From Microbotryum violaceum (Eukaryota): DNA of 64,000 bases. The stretch covers positions 1,364,001 to 1,428,000 of the forward strand of contig CDLV01000005.1 in NCBI GenBank assembly GCA_001244265.2, given 5' to 3'. The first letter of the stretch is position 1; each line of letters begins with the position of its first letter. The notes below the pieces were generated by a model, which was given only the letters and a program-made list of their open reading frames with translations, made no database searches and was not told the origin of the DNA. The position numbers and the translations under genes are program-made. Below are positions 38,167 to 49,646 of the stretch, piece after piece.

Positions 38167-40587
38167 TGTCATTTGATATGTGTCTGTGCCTGTGGTTGTA
38201 TCTGCGCGGATGCGCGTGGGTTTAGTCATTAGTCACTTTGGTATTGGAGTTTGCTCTGTTTAAGTTAGGGAGCGCGCGAGGCTTTCTTCCCGCGCGGCTG
38301 TTTACTCTTGGGAGCTTTCTCATCACTCGCTTTACATTGTGGTCCTGACTTCTCAGCGTCGTGCACCCTCACCTATCGGAAGCTTAGTTACTGGAATACT
38401 TTATTATCACTCGCTCTACATTGTGGTCCTGACTTCTCGGCGTCGTGCACCTCCACCTATCGGAAGGCTTTACTTCCGCGCTCGCACCGTTTCTGCAATA
38501 GGTTATGAGCCAACGGGTAGCTTAGGAGGCCCGGGTCAGCAAAGCGATTCCCATCGCACCACCACCATTGGAATGGACACCGAAACACCCTCCACCGAAA
38601 CGAGTGAACGTGGGTTACATGTCCCAATTCTTCGAGCCACCAACTACAAAAGACGTCGACGAGTGGCGAGTGGAAGCCGCGCGATCGATTGTCGATTACG
38701 ACCTGAAGGCCTGAAGAACGGCCTTCGCAGCGACGTCCAACGGCCTCGATACCAGACGACCGATAAGACGTCGACGCCAATCCATGTAGTTTGTGGCGCG
38801 AAGGACGGAGACATGTGTTCCACGCTCACTCGTTTCGGTGGAGGGTGTATCGGTGTCCATTCCGATGGTGGTGCGATGGGAATTGCTTTGCTGACTGGGG
38901 GCTTCGGCACTGCCCGTTAGACTCATAACCTATCGCAGAAAAGATGCGAGCGCGGAAGTAAAGCCTTCCGATAGGTGAGGGTGCACGACGCCGAGAAGTC
39001 AGGACCACAATGTAGAGCGAGTGATGAGAAAGCTACCAAGAGTAAAAAGCCGCGCGGGAAGAAAGCCCCGCCCGCTCCCTACTTAAACAGAGCAAACTCC
39101 AATATTAGAGTGACTAATGGCTAAAACGCACGCGCATCCGCGCATTTTTATTTATTTGATAGACTTCATTAACAGCATAATTATATTAATACCTAGAAAT
39201 CTTCGGAAAAGTCGGAGGGAATGCATATTAGAGTGACTAATGGCTAAAACGCACGCGCATCCGCGCATTTTTATTTATTTGATAGACTTCATTAACAGCA
39301 TAATTATATTAATACCTAGAAATCTTCGGAAAAGTCGGAGGGAATGCTGTTACGCACACTGGCAGAAGCCAGTAGTGTAGGACTCATTGACCTTGAACCA
39401 GGATCAACCATACCCACTAAAACCCCCTTTGGTGTCTTACAGCGACACTAGGCGACCCTTGGACTCCTGAATAGAGGCTCGAAGCCCCTCGAACTCCGCT
39501 TCGGTGATCGGTTCCAAAGGATCCGACGAGAATCGGCGACGGCGACAGAGCTTCCAGATCGAGTGAGAGAAGAGCACTCGTAGTTCGACAAGTCGACGTT
39601 CCGAGCGAGACACGACTGGACATACAAAGTCCACAAAAACTGGGTGGGGGGTCGGGGACAGAGCAGACCAGGGACGCCGGGCAAATGGGCAGCCGATCGC
39701 AAGGTGGGCCAGGCACTCGGGTGCTTCCGAGAGGCACATCACACAGGAGGCAGATCGATTGTTGGGGTGCGGGCTGGTTGGGGAGGCGACTTGGCTTCCC
39801 GGATGGAGGGACCCCAGGGAGAGAAGGTGGCCGATATCCTCGGCGTCCGAGTGAACCCGGCGAACCTTGCGCAAAGCCTTCCACCAAGCGTTCCAACGTT
39901 GTTCAGGCAGATCGAATACCTTCTGGTGTCCCTTGGGGAAGATAGGAGGGAAGATGAAGACTTGGTGGCGTTTGGACGCGTTCACAAACGAAGACGGGTC
40001 ATCACCTCACCATCGGGCCCTCGAAAAAGCGTCGGGTTTACCGAGATTTGTATTCCGTGGCCCGCTGGAAAGAAGAGTACGTGCGTCGCCCATTGCTCGA
40101 GGTTCTGGCTCTTGGAGAGTTCCGGGGGATTGAGCCAGGCTTCGAAGTATCGGACCCAACGAGCAGGAAGAAGTTTTGTCGTCTTTCTCACCGCATGGTC
40201 CCATTTTTGGGGAGGATGGCAAAAGTATGCCCACCAGATCCAGATCCAGGGGCGACGATGCTGGTTGGGGGCCGGTCTGGACAAGGTGAAAGGTGCTGGT
40301 TCGTTCAGTGCCTGGAGGCGGATGCGGATGTCGAAGAGGTGGCGTGTGAAGCAGCCGTCCGGGGCCCGGAGCTGGAAGACCCACTTCGCGTGATCGATCG
40401 CTAGACGCCGAGGCAGATCAATCAAGCCGAAGCCGCCGTGATTGAGAGGGATGCAGAGGCGCGACCGGGAGACCTTCGGACGTCGCTGAGTACCATCCGA
40501 AGCTCGACCGTGAATGGCGAGCATGGCGGCCTCCTCGACCTCCTTGACAACGCAGATACCACAGGCACAGACACATATCAAATGACA
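38167..40587. mobile_element. Foldback insertion built from two inverted copia 5' ends (LTR-PBS-gag start), with nested LINE fragment
   Basis: Inverted termini TGTCATTTGATATGTGTCTGTGCCTGTGG, TSD ATCGC at 38162-66 and 40588-92, empty site at 47440-44. PBS at 38501 (+) and 38920-30 (-). Confidence 0.9.
39145..40550 (-). mobile_element. 5'-truncated non-LTR retrotransposon (L1/Tx1-like ORF2 C-terminus), frameshifted
   Basis: LCIPLNHGGFGLIDL and zinc knuckle CVMC..E...HLAIGCP. A-rich tail (TTTTTATTTATTT on +). CGCA duplicated at both junctions within the host LTR. Confidence 0.85.
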
Positions 40588-41036
40588 ATCGCTCATACTC
40601 GTTATTCGTCGAATCAATCAGCGCCATAGGCTGCCAGTACTTGGCAGGGAAAGCCGCGCGAAGAGTGGTGGAGGTCTCGGTGGATTGACAAACAGGCCAG
40701 GGCGCGCTTTGCATAGATGTCAAGGTGATTTGGAACAAGGGACAGGCTTTTCCGCCGTGGAAGTCGCATTACACTGAGCCGGACGACGTTACTCGACGAT
40801 CAAATGAGCCCCTGTTCTTGACTTACGCCCGTGCTCGCGGTCGAAACACGATTCTGAGGCTTTAATGACCCACTGACGAAAACGCTCTTCGGAACTGTGC
40901 AAGATCTTCAAGTACATGTATTCCATAGCTACATGGGACGACATATTCGTACAATGGACAAGATCAAGAACCTAACGCTATCCGGCCGCTGTACAATCGC
41001 TTCATAGTCGAGACGACAAGGCGAACATCACGAGCA

Positions 41037-42550
41037 CTACATTCGCACGGGAAGCGCTTTCGTCGACTGGGTCTCGAACGAACAACTCGAGATCGCCGCC
41101 GAGGTGCCCCTCAACGAGTTGTCCAACCAATCGATCGTCATGTTTCCATACGAGATTTGCGTCCCCAAATGACCACCACCACCAAGCTCAGTAATAAACG
41201 TGATCTTGGCTCCATCGCTGCACCACGTTTGAGCGGTCTTGAGTGCCGAAGCATAAGGGATCACTTCGTCCATGGTGGAATGGAACATGAGGATGGAAGG
41301 TTTGGTCGGCGTCTCGCTCGCGACCGAGCCCATCGTTGACATCGTCAAGTACTCGGACACGATGGGATCAAAGAGGAGTTGACTACCTAGGGATTGGAAG
41401 TCGGTCGAGAGGAAGTCGGTGTAGGCAAATTCGACGATGTCCGCGGCGCCGCATTGGGAGTGGCCGGTGATGATGGCCGCTTTCCCCTTGGCCGTCGCGA
41501 TTTGTGAGAAGCGAGCGTTGAGCTCGGGGTAGCTCGCGACTTGGCCGGCGAGACCACCAACAGCAAAACCCTGAATTGACACAAACATGCGATGAAGGTC
41601 AGCGCCATGGGAGAAAGAACGAAGCGGTCAACTTGAAGCAAGGAAACTCACGGCGAACGCGCCGGCGTTGAGCTGATAAAACGTCGACGTCATATTCGAC
41701 GGCGTACCCCCGAACGCCAACGCCTTGATGTTCAACTCGGGTGCATAATCGTTCTGCAACGCCGCGGACCATCCCGTACCAATCGCACCACCCGAGTACC
41801 CATATCCACCGAGGACGACGTTCTCGGACAATTTGAGGAACTTGATCGCGGCGCGGTACCCGTCCAGGATTTGGTAACCTGATTGATGCCCGACGGAGAA
41901 GCTCGAGGTCTTCCCTCCAAAGTCGGTAACAATCACGATCCAACCCTTGGTCATGAAGTAGACGAGTTGACCGTCTGTAGGAAGCGAGGAAGCGAGAGGA
42001 TAACGGCGAGTCAGCGAGGCAGATCACGTGACCGTTGGGCCTGCGGGGGAAGGGGGATCCGGGCCGGCACCTGGTAGACGCCGAGAGAAAACCTTGAACT
42101 TGGGTCCAAGAGATAGGGACTACTCACCGCCATCGGGACAGAATAATTTCTGAGGAATGGTGTTGAAACAATAGGAAGGAGCACACTGAGGTGCTGAAGC
42201 ATCCTCATACATGTTGTAGGCCACGAGGTAGTTTTTTGACGAATTTAACGTTTGGAGAATGGTTGTGACCGATGTCGTCGGCTTGCCGAACGCGTCGCTT
42301 GTGCGAAACAAGATTTGAGTACCTTTACGACCAAAGCCGGGGTTGAGGGCAGCTCGTGAACGGTATACGGTTCCGGGGTCATCTTTTGCGAAAGTTGAAG
42401 GGGATGGTAGAATGGGTCGACGTCGGGTGTGGGGATGAGGAATGTCGCTGGCGAAGTTAAATCCAGGATCGGTGCGGCGGAAACGAGTACGGTGAGAGCG
42501 AGGATGCTGCTCGTGACGCGGGCGAACCAAGATGAACGCGGGGACAACAT
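41037..42550 (-). CDS. Secretory lipase type B copy 1; apparent 1-nt frameshift near 42400
   Basis: Signal peptide MLSPRSSWFARVTSSILALTVLVSA, PDVDPFY, CAPSY, GYSGGA, HSTMDEVIP and GGGGH. Confidence 0.85.
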
Positions 42551-42580
42551 CTTTATGAAGGTACGAAGAGGTAGGAATAG

Positions 42581-42680
42581 GTATGAAGAAGTATGAAGAG
42601 GTATGAAGAGGTATGAAGAGGTAAAAAGAGCTAGGAAGAGGTAAAAAGAGCTAGGAAGAGGTAAAAAGAGCTAGGAAGAG
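42581..42680. repeat. Minisatellite (GTATGAAGAR)x4 + (GTAAAAAGAGCTAGGAAGAG)x3 just upstream of lipase B
   Basis: Read directly from the sequence. Confidence 0.9.
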
Positions 42681-43414
42681 GGATGAAGAGGGATGAAGAT
42701 GAAAGACGATGGCACACAGAACGAAAACAAACAGAAAAGCGGGGCCAGTCCTCCGAGGTCCTCCGGCGTCCTCCGAATGATCAGCGACGCCGAGGGAAGT
42801 GCAGAATTTCGATCACCTCGAGCCTTCTAGTACGTTATTCAGGGTTGCATCTCACACGTGCTCAATCAGGTCAACAATCTCGGGCTTGAGATGATCTCGA
42901 GCTTGAAATAAAAGATCCCCGCACCTGGGGCTTGGAAAACGTTCACAGGCGACAGCTCCGAAGGCTGAATTGCACCCGGCTGACCACTACTTACTGATGC
43001 CGACAATTTTGAGTTCCGATTTCGGATCAGGATTTGAATTTCAGCTGGTCTGCAAAAAAGTGGCGATCCTTCTCGAGCAACGAGGCGCCGTTATAATAGC
43101 CGTCCAGCATTGCGTTGTCATCAACGAGTTGGCCGCTCGGACGCCAATATCCGAGTGTGTCCGCGTGCCTCCTCTTCACAGATAGGGGCTTGACACGAAG
43201 TCTCCGCAATTCCACTCCTAGTAGAATTTGTTACAACTTCGATAGGGTTACTTTCCCACCGTAATATTAACATAAAACGCCAAACAGCGTGTCCGACGTC
43301 CAACGTTGAACGATCGCCGATGAGCTCAATTGAACAATGGGCAAGCGTCTCGCTGCCGACGATCTTTCTCCGTGGGGCCGCCCCGCCTTTCCTTTTTCGG
43401 TACCCTGTGGTCCA

Positions 43415-43712
43415 TCATAACCGAGCCAATAAACCCTTGATGGCGGAGGCGACTTGTTTTCTTGTTGCTCTGGCGTTGCCTAGGGAGGGCATAAACAGAA
43501 CAATGGATGCATCAGTCAGTAAACCATCCAGAAGTGAAAAGCTGATGAACTGGCCAATTTGGCAGGAGTGGGAAACTCACCCTGTGACCAAATCCTCCAC
43601 CCCTGCTCATCCTTCAACCCCTCCACATCACCCCCTTTCCATTTCTCCACCTTGAGCACTTGATCCTCTTGCACGCCCGCGAACAAGACCTTCCTCAACT
43701 TCCTTTCAACCT
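43415..43712 (-). pseudogene. Truncated duplicate of the PPX1 3' end
   Basis: Diverged match to 50406-50702 (QEDQVLKVEKWKGG, RKQVAS). Upstream exons are absent. Confidence 0.85.
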
Positions 43713-43800
43713 TCTGTCATGCATACTACCTTCGCTATCAATGCGTCAAATATTGGGACGGGCCGGGAGGGGCTGGGACGGAGTGCGCACCGATTGGTCA

Positions 43801-44144
43801 TTTGTATATGGTCATATGGGTTGTCCCGTCCTTCATCTTATTATTGTTCCTATTTATGGTACTTGATGTTGAGCCCATAAGGCGGGTCATGAACGCCTCT
43901 GGGACCTCAATATCCTTTCCTTACTTGTCTCTAATCTCGCTCTTTATTAGCTTTACGCTTCACTTTCTAGCCTTCCGCGGGTCTGTCCCTTAGTCTCTGG
44001 CCACTCTGTTCTTTGTTCATTGGACTGACTCGTAGTCATCATCAGTTCAACTCTTGGAAATCTTACCTTACTCGGTTCTAGTCCCTGTTGATCGGACTGT
44101 GTCGTGGTCATCATCAGGTTCCACTTGAGAATATTTCTGCAACA
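43801..44144 (+). mobile_element. Probable degenerate solo LTR inserted in a short dispersed repeat
   Basis: Interrupts a copy of the 34970-35160 repeat. Flanked by GGTCA/GGTCG, ends TTCTGCAACA, and carries an internal 32-bp imperfect duplication. Confidence 0.55.
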
Positions 44145-44776
44145 GGTCGTAGGTCATATCGGTGTTAGATTTCCGCACAGTTCTGGTAACTTTCGTTGCT
44201 CGGCCAAACGATGGGATTGTGTCGATACGGTTGTCTTTCCCACACTTTGTCCCTGAATCTTGGGGAAAACGCAATGTCCTTGTCTGTCATGCATACTACC
44301 TTCACTATCACTGCGTCAAATAGTGGGACGAGAGTGGCTGGGACGGAGTGCGTACCGATTTTGCTGGCAGATCGTAAATCATATCGATCAGTGTTCGATT
44401 TCCGCACAGTTCTGGTGACTTTCGTTGGTCGGCCAAACGATGAGATTGTGTCGATACGGTGCACGGTCGTAAAGTCTAAAACAGTGAGTTACCAGTGGGC
44501 GGAAATGAGAAGAAAAGCTAACGGAAAAGATTCGCGCGCGCGCCGAATGCCTAGAATGCCTTGATGCGCCAAACGCCCAAATCCAACCATCAGAAGTCGA
44601 GACGGACAGCGGAGCTTAGAGTAAAGCTGAAAAGATTAAAACTTGGGGTGCAGGGTCTACCCAGGACTAAAGAAATGCGTATGACGCGAGCACTGAGAGC
44701 AGCTTGAACAGACACAAGACACAAGACTGGGCGAGACAAAAGGAGCTCCAAAGTACAGGCCTGGGGGCGACGTTGA

Positions 44777-46158
44777 TCATTCACGCACGGGTACGGTCAA
44801 GGTGAACTTGTTGACGAACGAGCAAGTCCTCAACGCGGGTGAAGTGCCTCGCAACTGCGCATCCAACCAATTGAAAACGCGCTCTCCATAAACAACTTGG
44901 GTTCCGACGTGACCTCCCCCTCCGATCTCGGTCGTGAACAAAATCTTGGAGCCTCTGCCGCACCACGTCTGTGCTGTTTCGTGCGCGGAGGAATAGGGGA
45001 TCACCTCATCCGTCTTCGAATGGAACATGTAGATGGAGGGCTTGGTCGGGGTTTCGGTTACGTTGGCCTTCATGTCGGAGAGGGCCAAGTACTTAGCGAC
45101 CATTTCGTCCGAAAGCAGCCCTTTGCCGATGCTTTGGAAGCTGGTGGAAAGGATGTTGGTAAAGGCGAAGCGGATGATGTCGGAGGCGCCACATTCGTTG
45201 CGGGCAGAAGCGATCGCGGCCTTGCCTTTGGCCGTCCCGACCTGGTCGAAGCGAGCTTGCAGCTCCGGGAAGGCATTCAGTTGACCCGCAAGACCAGCCA
45301 CCGCGAATCCCTAATACAAAGCATAAATTTGAAGTCAGGTTTAAGCTTTGAAACGTGGAGATTGCGGGCGATACTCACGGCGAAAGCACCGCCGTTAAGC
45401 TTGTTCAGCGTCGTGGCCATATTCGCGGGCGTCCCCCCGAAAGCGAGTGCCTTGATGTTGAGCTCCGGAGCGTAAGAGTTGTGTAAAGCAGCTGACCATC
45501 CCGTTCCGATTGCGCCTCCAGAGTATCCGTAGCCACCCAGAATGACGTCCTTGGGCAACCTGAGGAAGTTGATGGCAGCGCGGTAGCCATCGAGGATTTG
45601 GTACCCCGATTGATGGCCGACGGAGAAAGCGGAGGTGGTGCCCAAGAAATCGGTGACGATGGTTGTCCAACCGCGGAGCAAGATCTGGGTCAATTGGAGA
45701 TCTTTTATTGGAAAGAGGTCGTAGGGTGAGTACAGAATTGGGTGATGCACCCTTGGGGTCCGTCATGACCGAATCTTAGCCAAAGACTCACCTCCGTCAG
45801 GGCAGAAGAGTTGAAACGGAGAGGTGTTGAAGCAGTAAGAAGGGGCACACTTGGCTGCAGCTCCATCCTCGTACATGTTGTAAGAAACAAGGTACTTGGG
45901 TGAAGCTCGCGCTGACTGAAGAATGGTCGTCACAGTGGACGCCGGCTTGCCCAAAGCATCGGTGGTGCGAAAAAGAATTTGAGTACCGGTTACCCCCACT
46001 CCTGGGTTGAGTGCCAATCGCGTGCGGTAGACTGTTCCCGGAGCATCATTTGCGAACGTTGAAGGTGGAACGTAAAAGGGATCGGAATCCGGGGCGGGGA
46101 GAGCAGCACTCGTAAGAGAGGCGCACAGAGCGAGAACGCTGGTAGCTGCGCGCAGCAT
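44777..46158 (-). CDS. Secretory lipase type A copy 2 (frame intact)
   Basis: Nearly identical to 35520-36900. GYSGGA...AFGGTPAN reads in one frame. Confidence 0.9.
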
Positions 46159-47891
46159 CGTAGCTCGGTGCAGGTTCATCATGGCGGAAAGAATAAGGAA
46201 GATGAGATGAGAAGGTATGGAGAGGAAGCAAAGAAGGGTGTACACTCAGCCTGAAGAAGTCGCTCGAGTTGGCGGGAATGACTAACAATTGTAGATGGCT
46301 TGGCACCGGCGAACTCCGTCGAGTTCAAAAGAAAGTGAGTGACACATCGTGGTACAGTCGCGCTGACCCGGGTAACACCGCTCCTATCTAGGCTACGTTA
46401 GTGTATGCACAGCCCATACTATGCTAGGACCAAGGTGATTGGCGAACTGAGCGCGAGCGACTGTGTCAGATTTGAGCTCCTCCCGGAGTCGATGCCAGGC
46501 TCACCAAGCTCGGATTCCGTGCACGGGTGGCGCTAATGAAACGTCCGTACGACCGGCGACTCGGAGAATCGCTTGGAACGAGCTTAGGCACAAATGTGAG
46601 CGGTGCCTTGATTAGCACGAAGTCAAGCTCTGGCTTCCTATTTATGCTATACCTGTCGCCCTAGATGTTGCAAGGGTGTAGGTTCCCTGGACTGCTAAGT
46701 TGAGCCCCTAAGCCGGTCTGCGGGAGCAAGCCGTTCTCCAGCGGCCTGACATGTCCAAGCTCTACGAATGCAGAGTACAAGCAGGAGAATGGACATTTCC
46801 AGAAGCGTCTCGATTAAAAGCTTTAGGAGAGGCTACGCGGCAGCTGGGACGTTCTCGCGTTCGTCTGGGAGAACATAGAGGCCGCGCAGCAGCGCTAAGC
46901 TCTGGTGCCTGCACAGCTGGACGCCCGGGCCGTGCAAAACCTCGACCTCACAGCCGAGAGGTCCGCGTCCGTGCACGGTCAGGCGTTGATTTCCCCTCCT
47001 GTAAGAGTCAGTCGACTTGGAAATTCTTTAGACGAATAACATGTGATCCTGGCTTGTTCCGGACATGGTCGCCGGATGCGTTCGAGCGACGAGCAGAATG
47101 ATGAGATCGAAGTCTCCGTCATGAGTCCCCAGTTCTTGAGGGCACACCTCCAGTAACACCTAAAATGTAGATCGTGTGTTATCCATAGCCAAAAAATATA
47201 ACAACCGGGACCATCATAGGCAATAGCGCCCTTTAACCGGCACAATGGAGCACCTGACAAAACCTCTTATGCGTGATCGACAAAGAAGCCGAGATCACCC
47301 GCGACGACCGTCTAGCCGAGTTCTCGGACAAGTGATTGATAAGCATCGCTATCTTTCTCGAGGAATATATCTTTTCGGGGTTTTTTAGGGGACAGATTGT
47401 TGGGTGGCTGCAGATTTCAGCCCAATGACATCATATGCGATCGCTCGCACTCGTTATGCATCGACTCAATCAACGCCGCAGGCTGCCAGTACTCGGTAGG
47501 AAAAGCCGCGCGAAGACTGATGGAGGTCTCGGTGGATTGACCAACAGACCAGCGCACGCTTAGCATAGATGTCAAGGTGATTTGGAACAAGGGACAGAAT
47601 TCTCCGCCGCGGAGGTAGCACTTGCATTACACTAAGCCGGCCGACGTTGCTCGACGATCAACTGAGCCCCTGTCCCTGACTTGCGCCCGTGCGCGCGATC
47701 AGAACGCGATTCTGAGGCTTTGATGACCCACTGAGGAACTGTGCAAGAACTTCAAATACATGTATTCCATAGCTACATGGGACGATATATTCGTACAATA
47801 GACAAGATCAAGAACCTAACGCTATCCGGCCGCTGTACAATCGCTTCATAGTCGAGACGACATGGCGAACATCACATTCTGTACACGAGCA

Positions 47892-49403
47892 CTACATTCG
47901 CACGGGAAGCGCCGCCGTCGACTGGGTCTTGAACGAACAAGTCGAGGTCGCCGGCGACTTGCTCCTCAACGAGTTGTCCAACCAATCGATCGTCATGGGT
48001 CCATACGAGATTTGCGTCCCCAAATGACCACCACCACCAAGCTCAGTAATAAACGTGATCTTGGCTCCATCGCTGCACCACGTTTGAGCGGTCTTGAGTG
48101 CCGAAGCATAAGGGATCACTTCGTCCATGGTGGAATGGAACATGAGGATGGAAGGTTTGGTCGGCGTCTCGCTCGCGACCGAGCCCATCGTCGACATCGT
48201 CAGGTACTTGGCCACGATAGGATCAGAGAGGAATTGACTACCTAGGGATTGGAAGTCGGTCGAGAGGATGTCGGTGAAGGCGAATTTGACGATGTCCGCG
48301 GCGCCGCATTGGGAGTGGCCGGTGATGATGGCCGCTTTCCCCTTGGCCGTCGCGATTTGTGAGAAGCGAGCGTTGAGCTCGGGGTAGCTCGCGACTTGGC
48401 CGGCGAGACCACCAACAGCAAAACCCTGAATTGACACAAACATGCGATGAAGGTCAGCGCCATGGGAGAAAGAACGAAGCGGTCAACTTGAAGCAAGGAA
48501 ACTCACGGCGAACGCGCCGGCGTTGAGCTGATAAAACGTCGACGTCATATTCGACGGCGTACCCCGAACGCCAACGCCTTGATGTTCAACTCGGGTGCAT
48601 AATCGTTCTGCAACGCCGCGGACCATCCCGTACCAATCGCACCACCCGAGTACCCATATCCACCGAGGACGACGTTCTCGGACAATTTGAGGAACTTGAT
48701 CGCGGCGCGGTACCCGTCCAGGATTTGGTAACCTGATTGATGCCCGACGGAGAAACTCGAGGTCTTCCCTCCAAAGTCGGTAACAATCACGATCCAACCC
48801 TTGGTCATGAAGTAGACGAGTTGACCGTCTGTAGGAAGCGAGGAAGCGAGAGGATGACGGCGAGTCAGCGAGGCAGATCACGTGACCGTTGGGCCTGCGG
48901 GGGAAGGGGGACCCGGGCCGGCACCTGGTAGACGCCGAGAGAAAACCTTGAACTTGGGTCCAAGAGATAGGGACTACTCACCGCCATCGGACAGAATAAT
49001 TTCTGAGGAATGGTGTTGAAACAATAGGAAGGAGCACACTGAGGTGCTGAAGCATCCTCATACATGTTGTAGGCCACGAGGTAGTTTTTTGACGAATTTA
49101 ACGTTTGGAGAATGGTTGTGACCGATGTCGTCGGCTTGCCGAACGCGTCGCTTGTGCGAAACAAGATTTGAGTACCCTTACGACCAAAGCCGGGGTTGAG
49201 GGCAGCTCGTGAACGGTATACGGTTCCGGGGCATCTTTTGCGAAAGTTGAAGGGGGACGGTAGAATGGGTCGACGTCGGGTGTGGGGATGAGGAATGTCG
49301 CTGGCGAAGTTAAATCCAGGATCGGTGCGGCGGAAACGAGTACGGTGAGAGCGAGGATGCTGCTCGTGACGCGGGCGAACCAAGATGAACGCGGGGACAA
49401 CAT
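47892..49403 (-). CDS. Secretory lipase type B copy 2; three apparent 1-nt deletions (pseudogene or sequencing error)
   Basis: Same motifs as B1. Single-base losses near 48563, 48990 and 49231 relative to B1. Confidence 0.75.
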
Positions 49404-49436
49404 CTTTATGAAGGTACGACGAGGTAGTAGGAATAG

Positions 49437-49646
49437 GTATGAAGAAGTATGAAGAAGTATGAAGAGGTATGAAGAGGTATGAAGAGGTATGAAGAGGTAT
49501 GAAGAGGTATGAAGAGGTATGAAGAGGTATGAAGAGGTATGAAGAGGTATGAAGAGGTATGAAGAGGTATGAAGAGGTATGAAGAGGTATGAAGAGGTAT
49601 GAAGAGGTAAAAAAAGCTAGGAAGAGGTAAAAAGAGCTAGGAAGAG
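49437..49646. repeat. Minisatellite (GTATGAAGAR)x17 + 20-mer x2 upstream of lipase B copy 2
   Basis: Read directly from the sequence. Confidence 0.92.

Larger units (their letters stand above)
34951..43712. repeat. Tandem segmental duplication, unit 1 (lipase A, lipase B, PPX1 3' fragment)
   Basis: Collinear with 44242-50702 once the 38167-40587 insertion is removed. Confidence 0.92.

Noticed and set aside
38167-40587. Classical TIR DNA transposon or MITE
   Set aside because: The apparent 37-bp TIR is only the LTR tip cut off by the LINE. The inversion continues through LTR, PBS and gag, and no transposase is present.
49437-49646. Regular repeat array as a CRISPR
   Set aside because: Head-to-tail 10-mers without unique spacers in eukaryotic DNA. 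It is a minisatellite.
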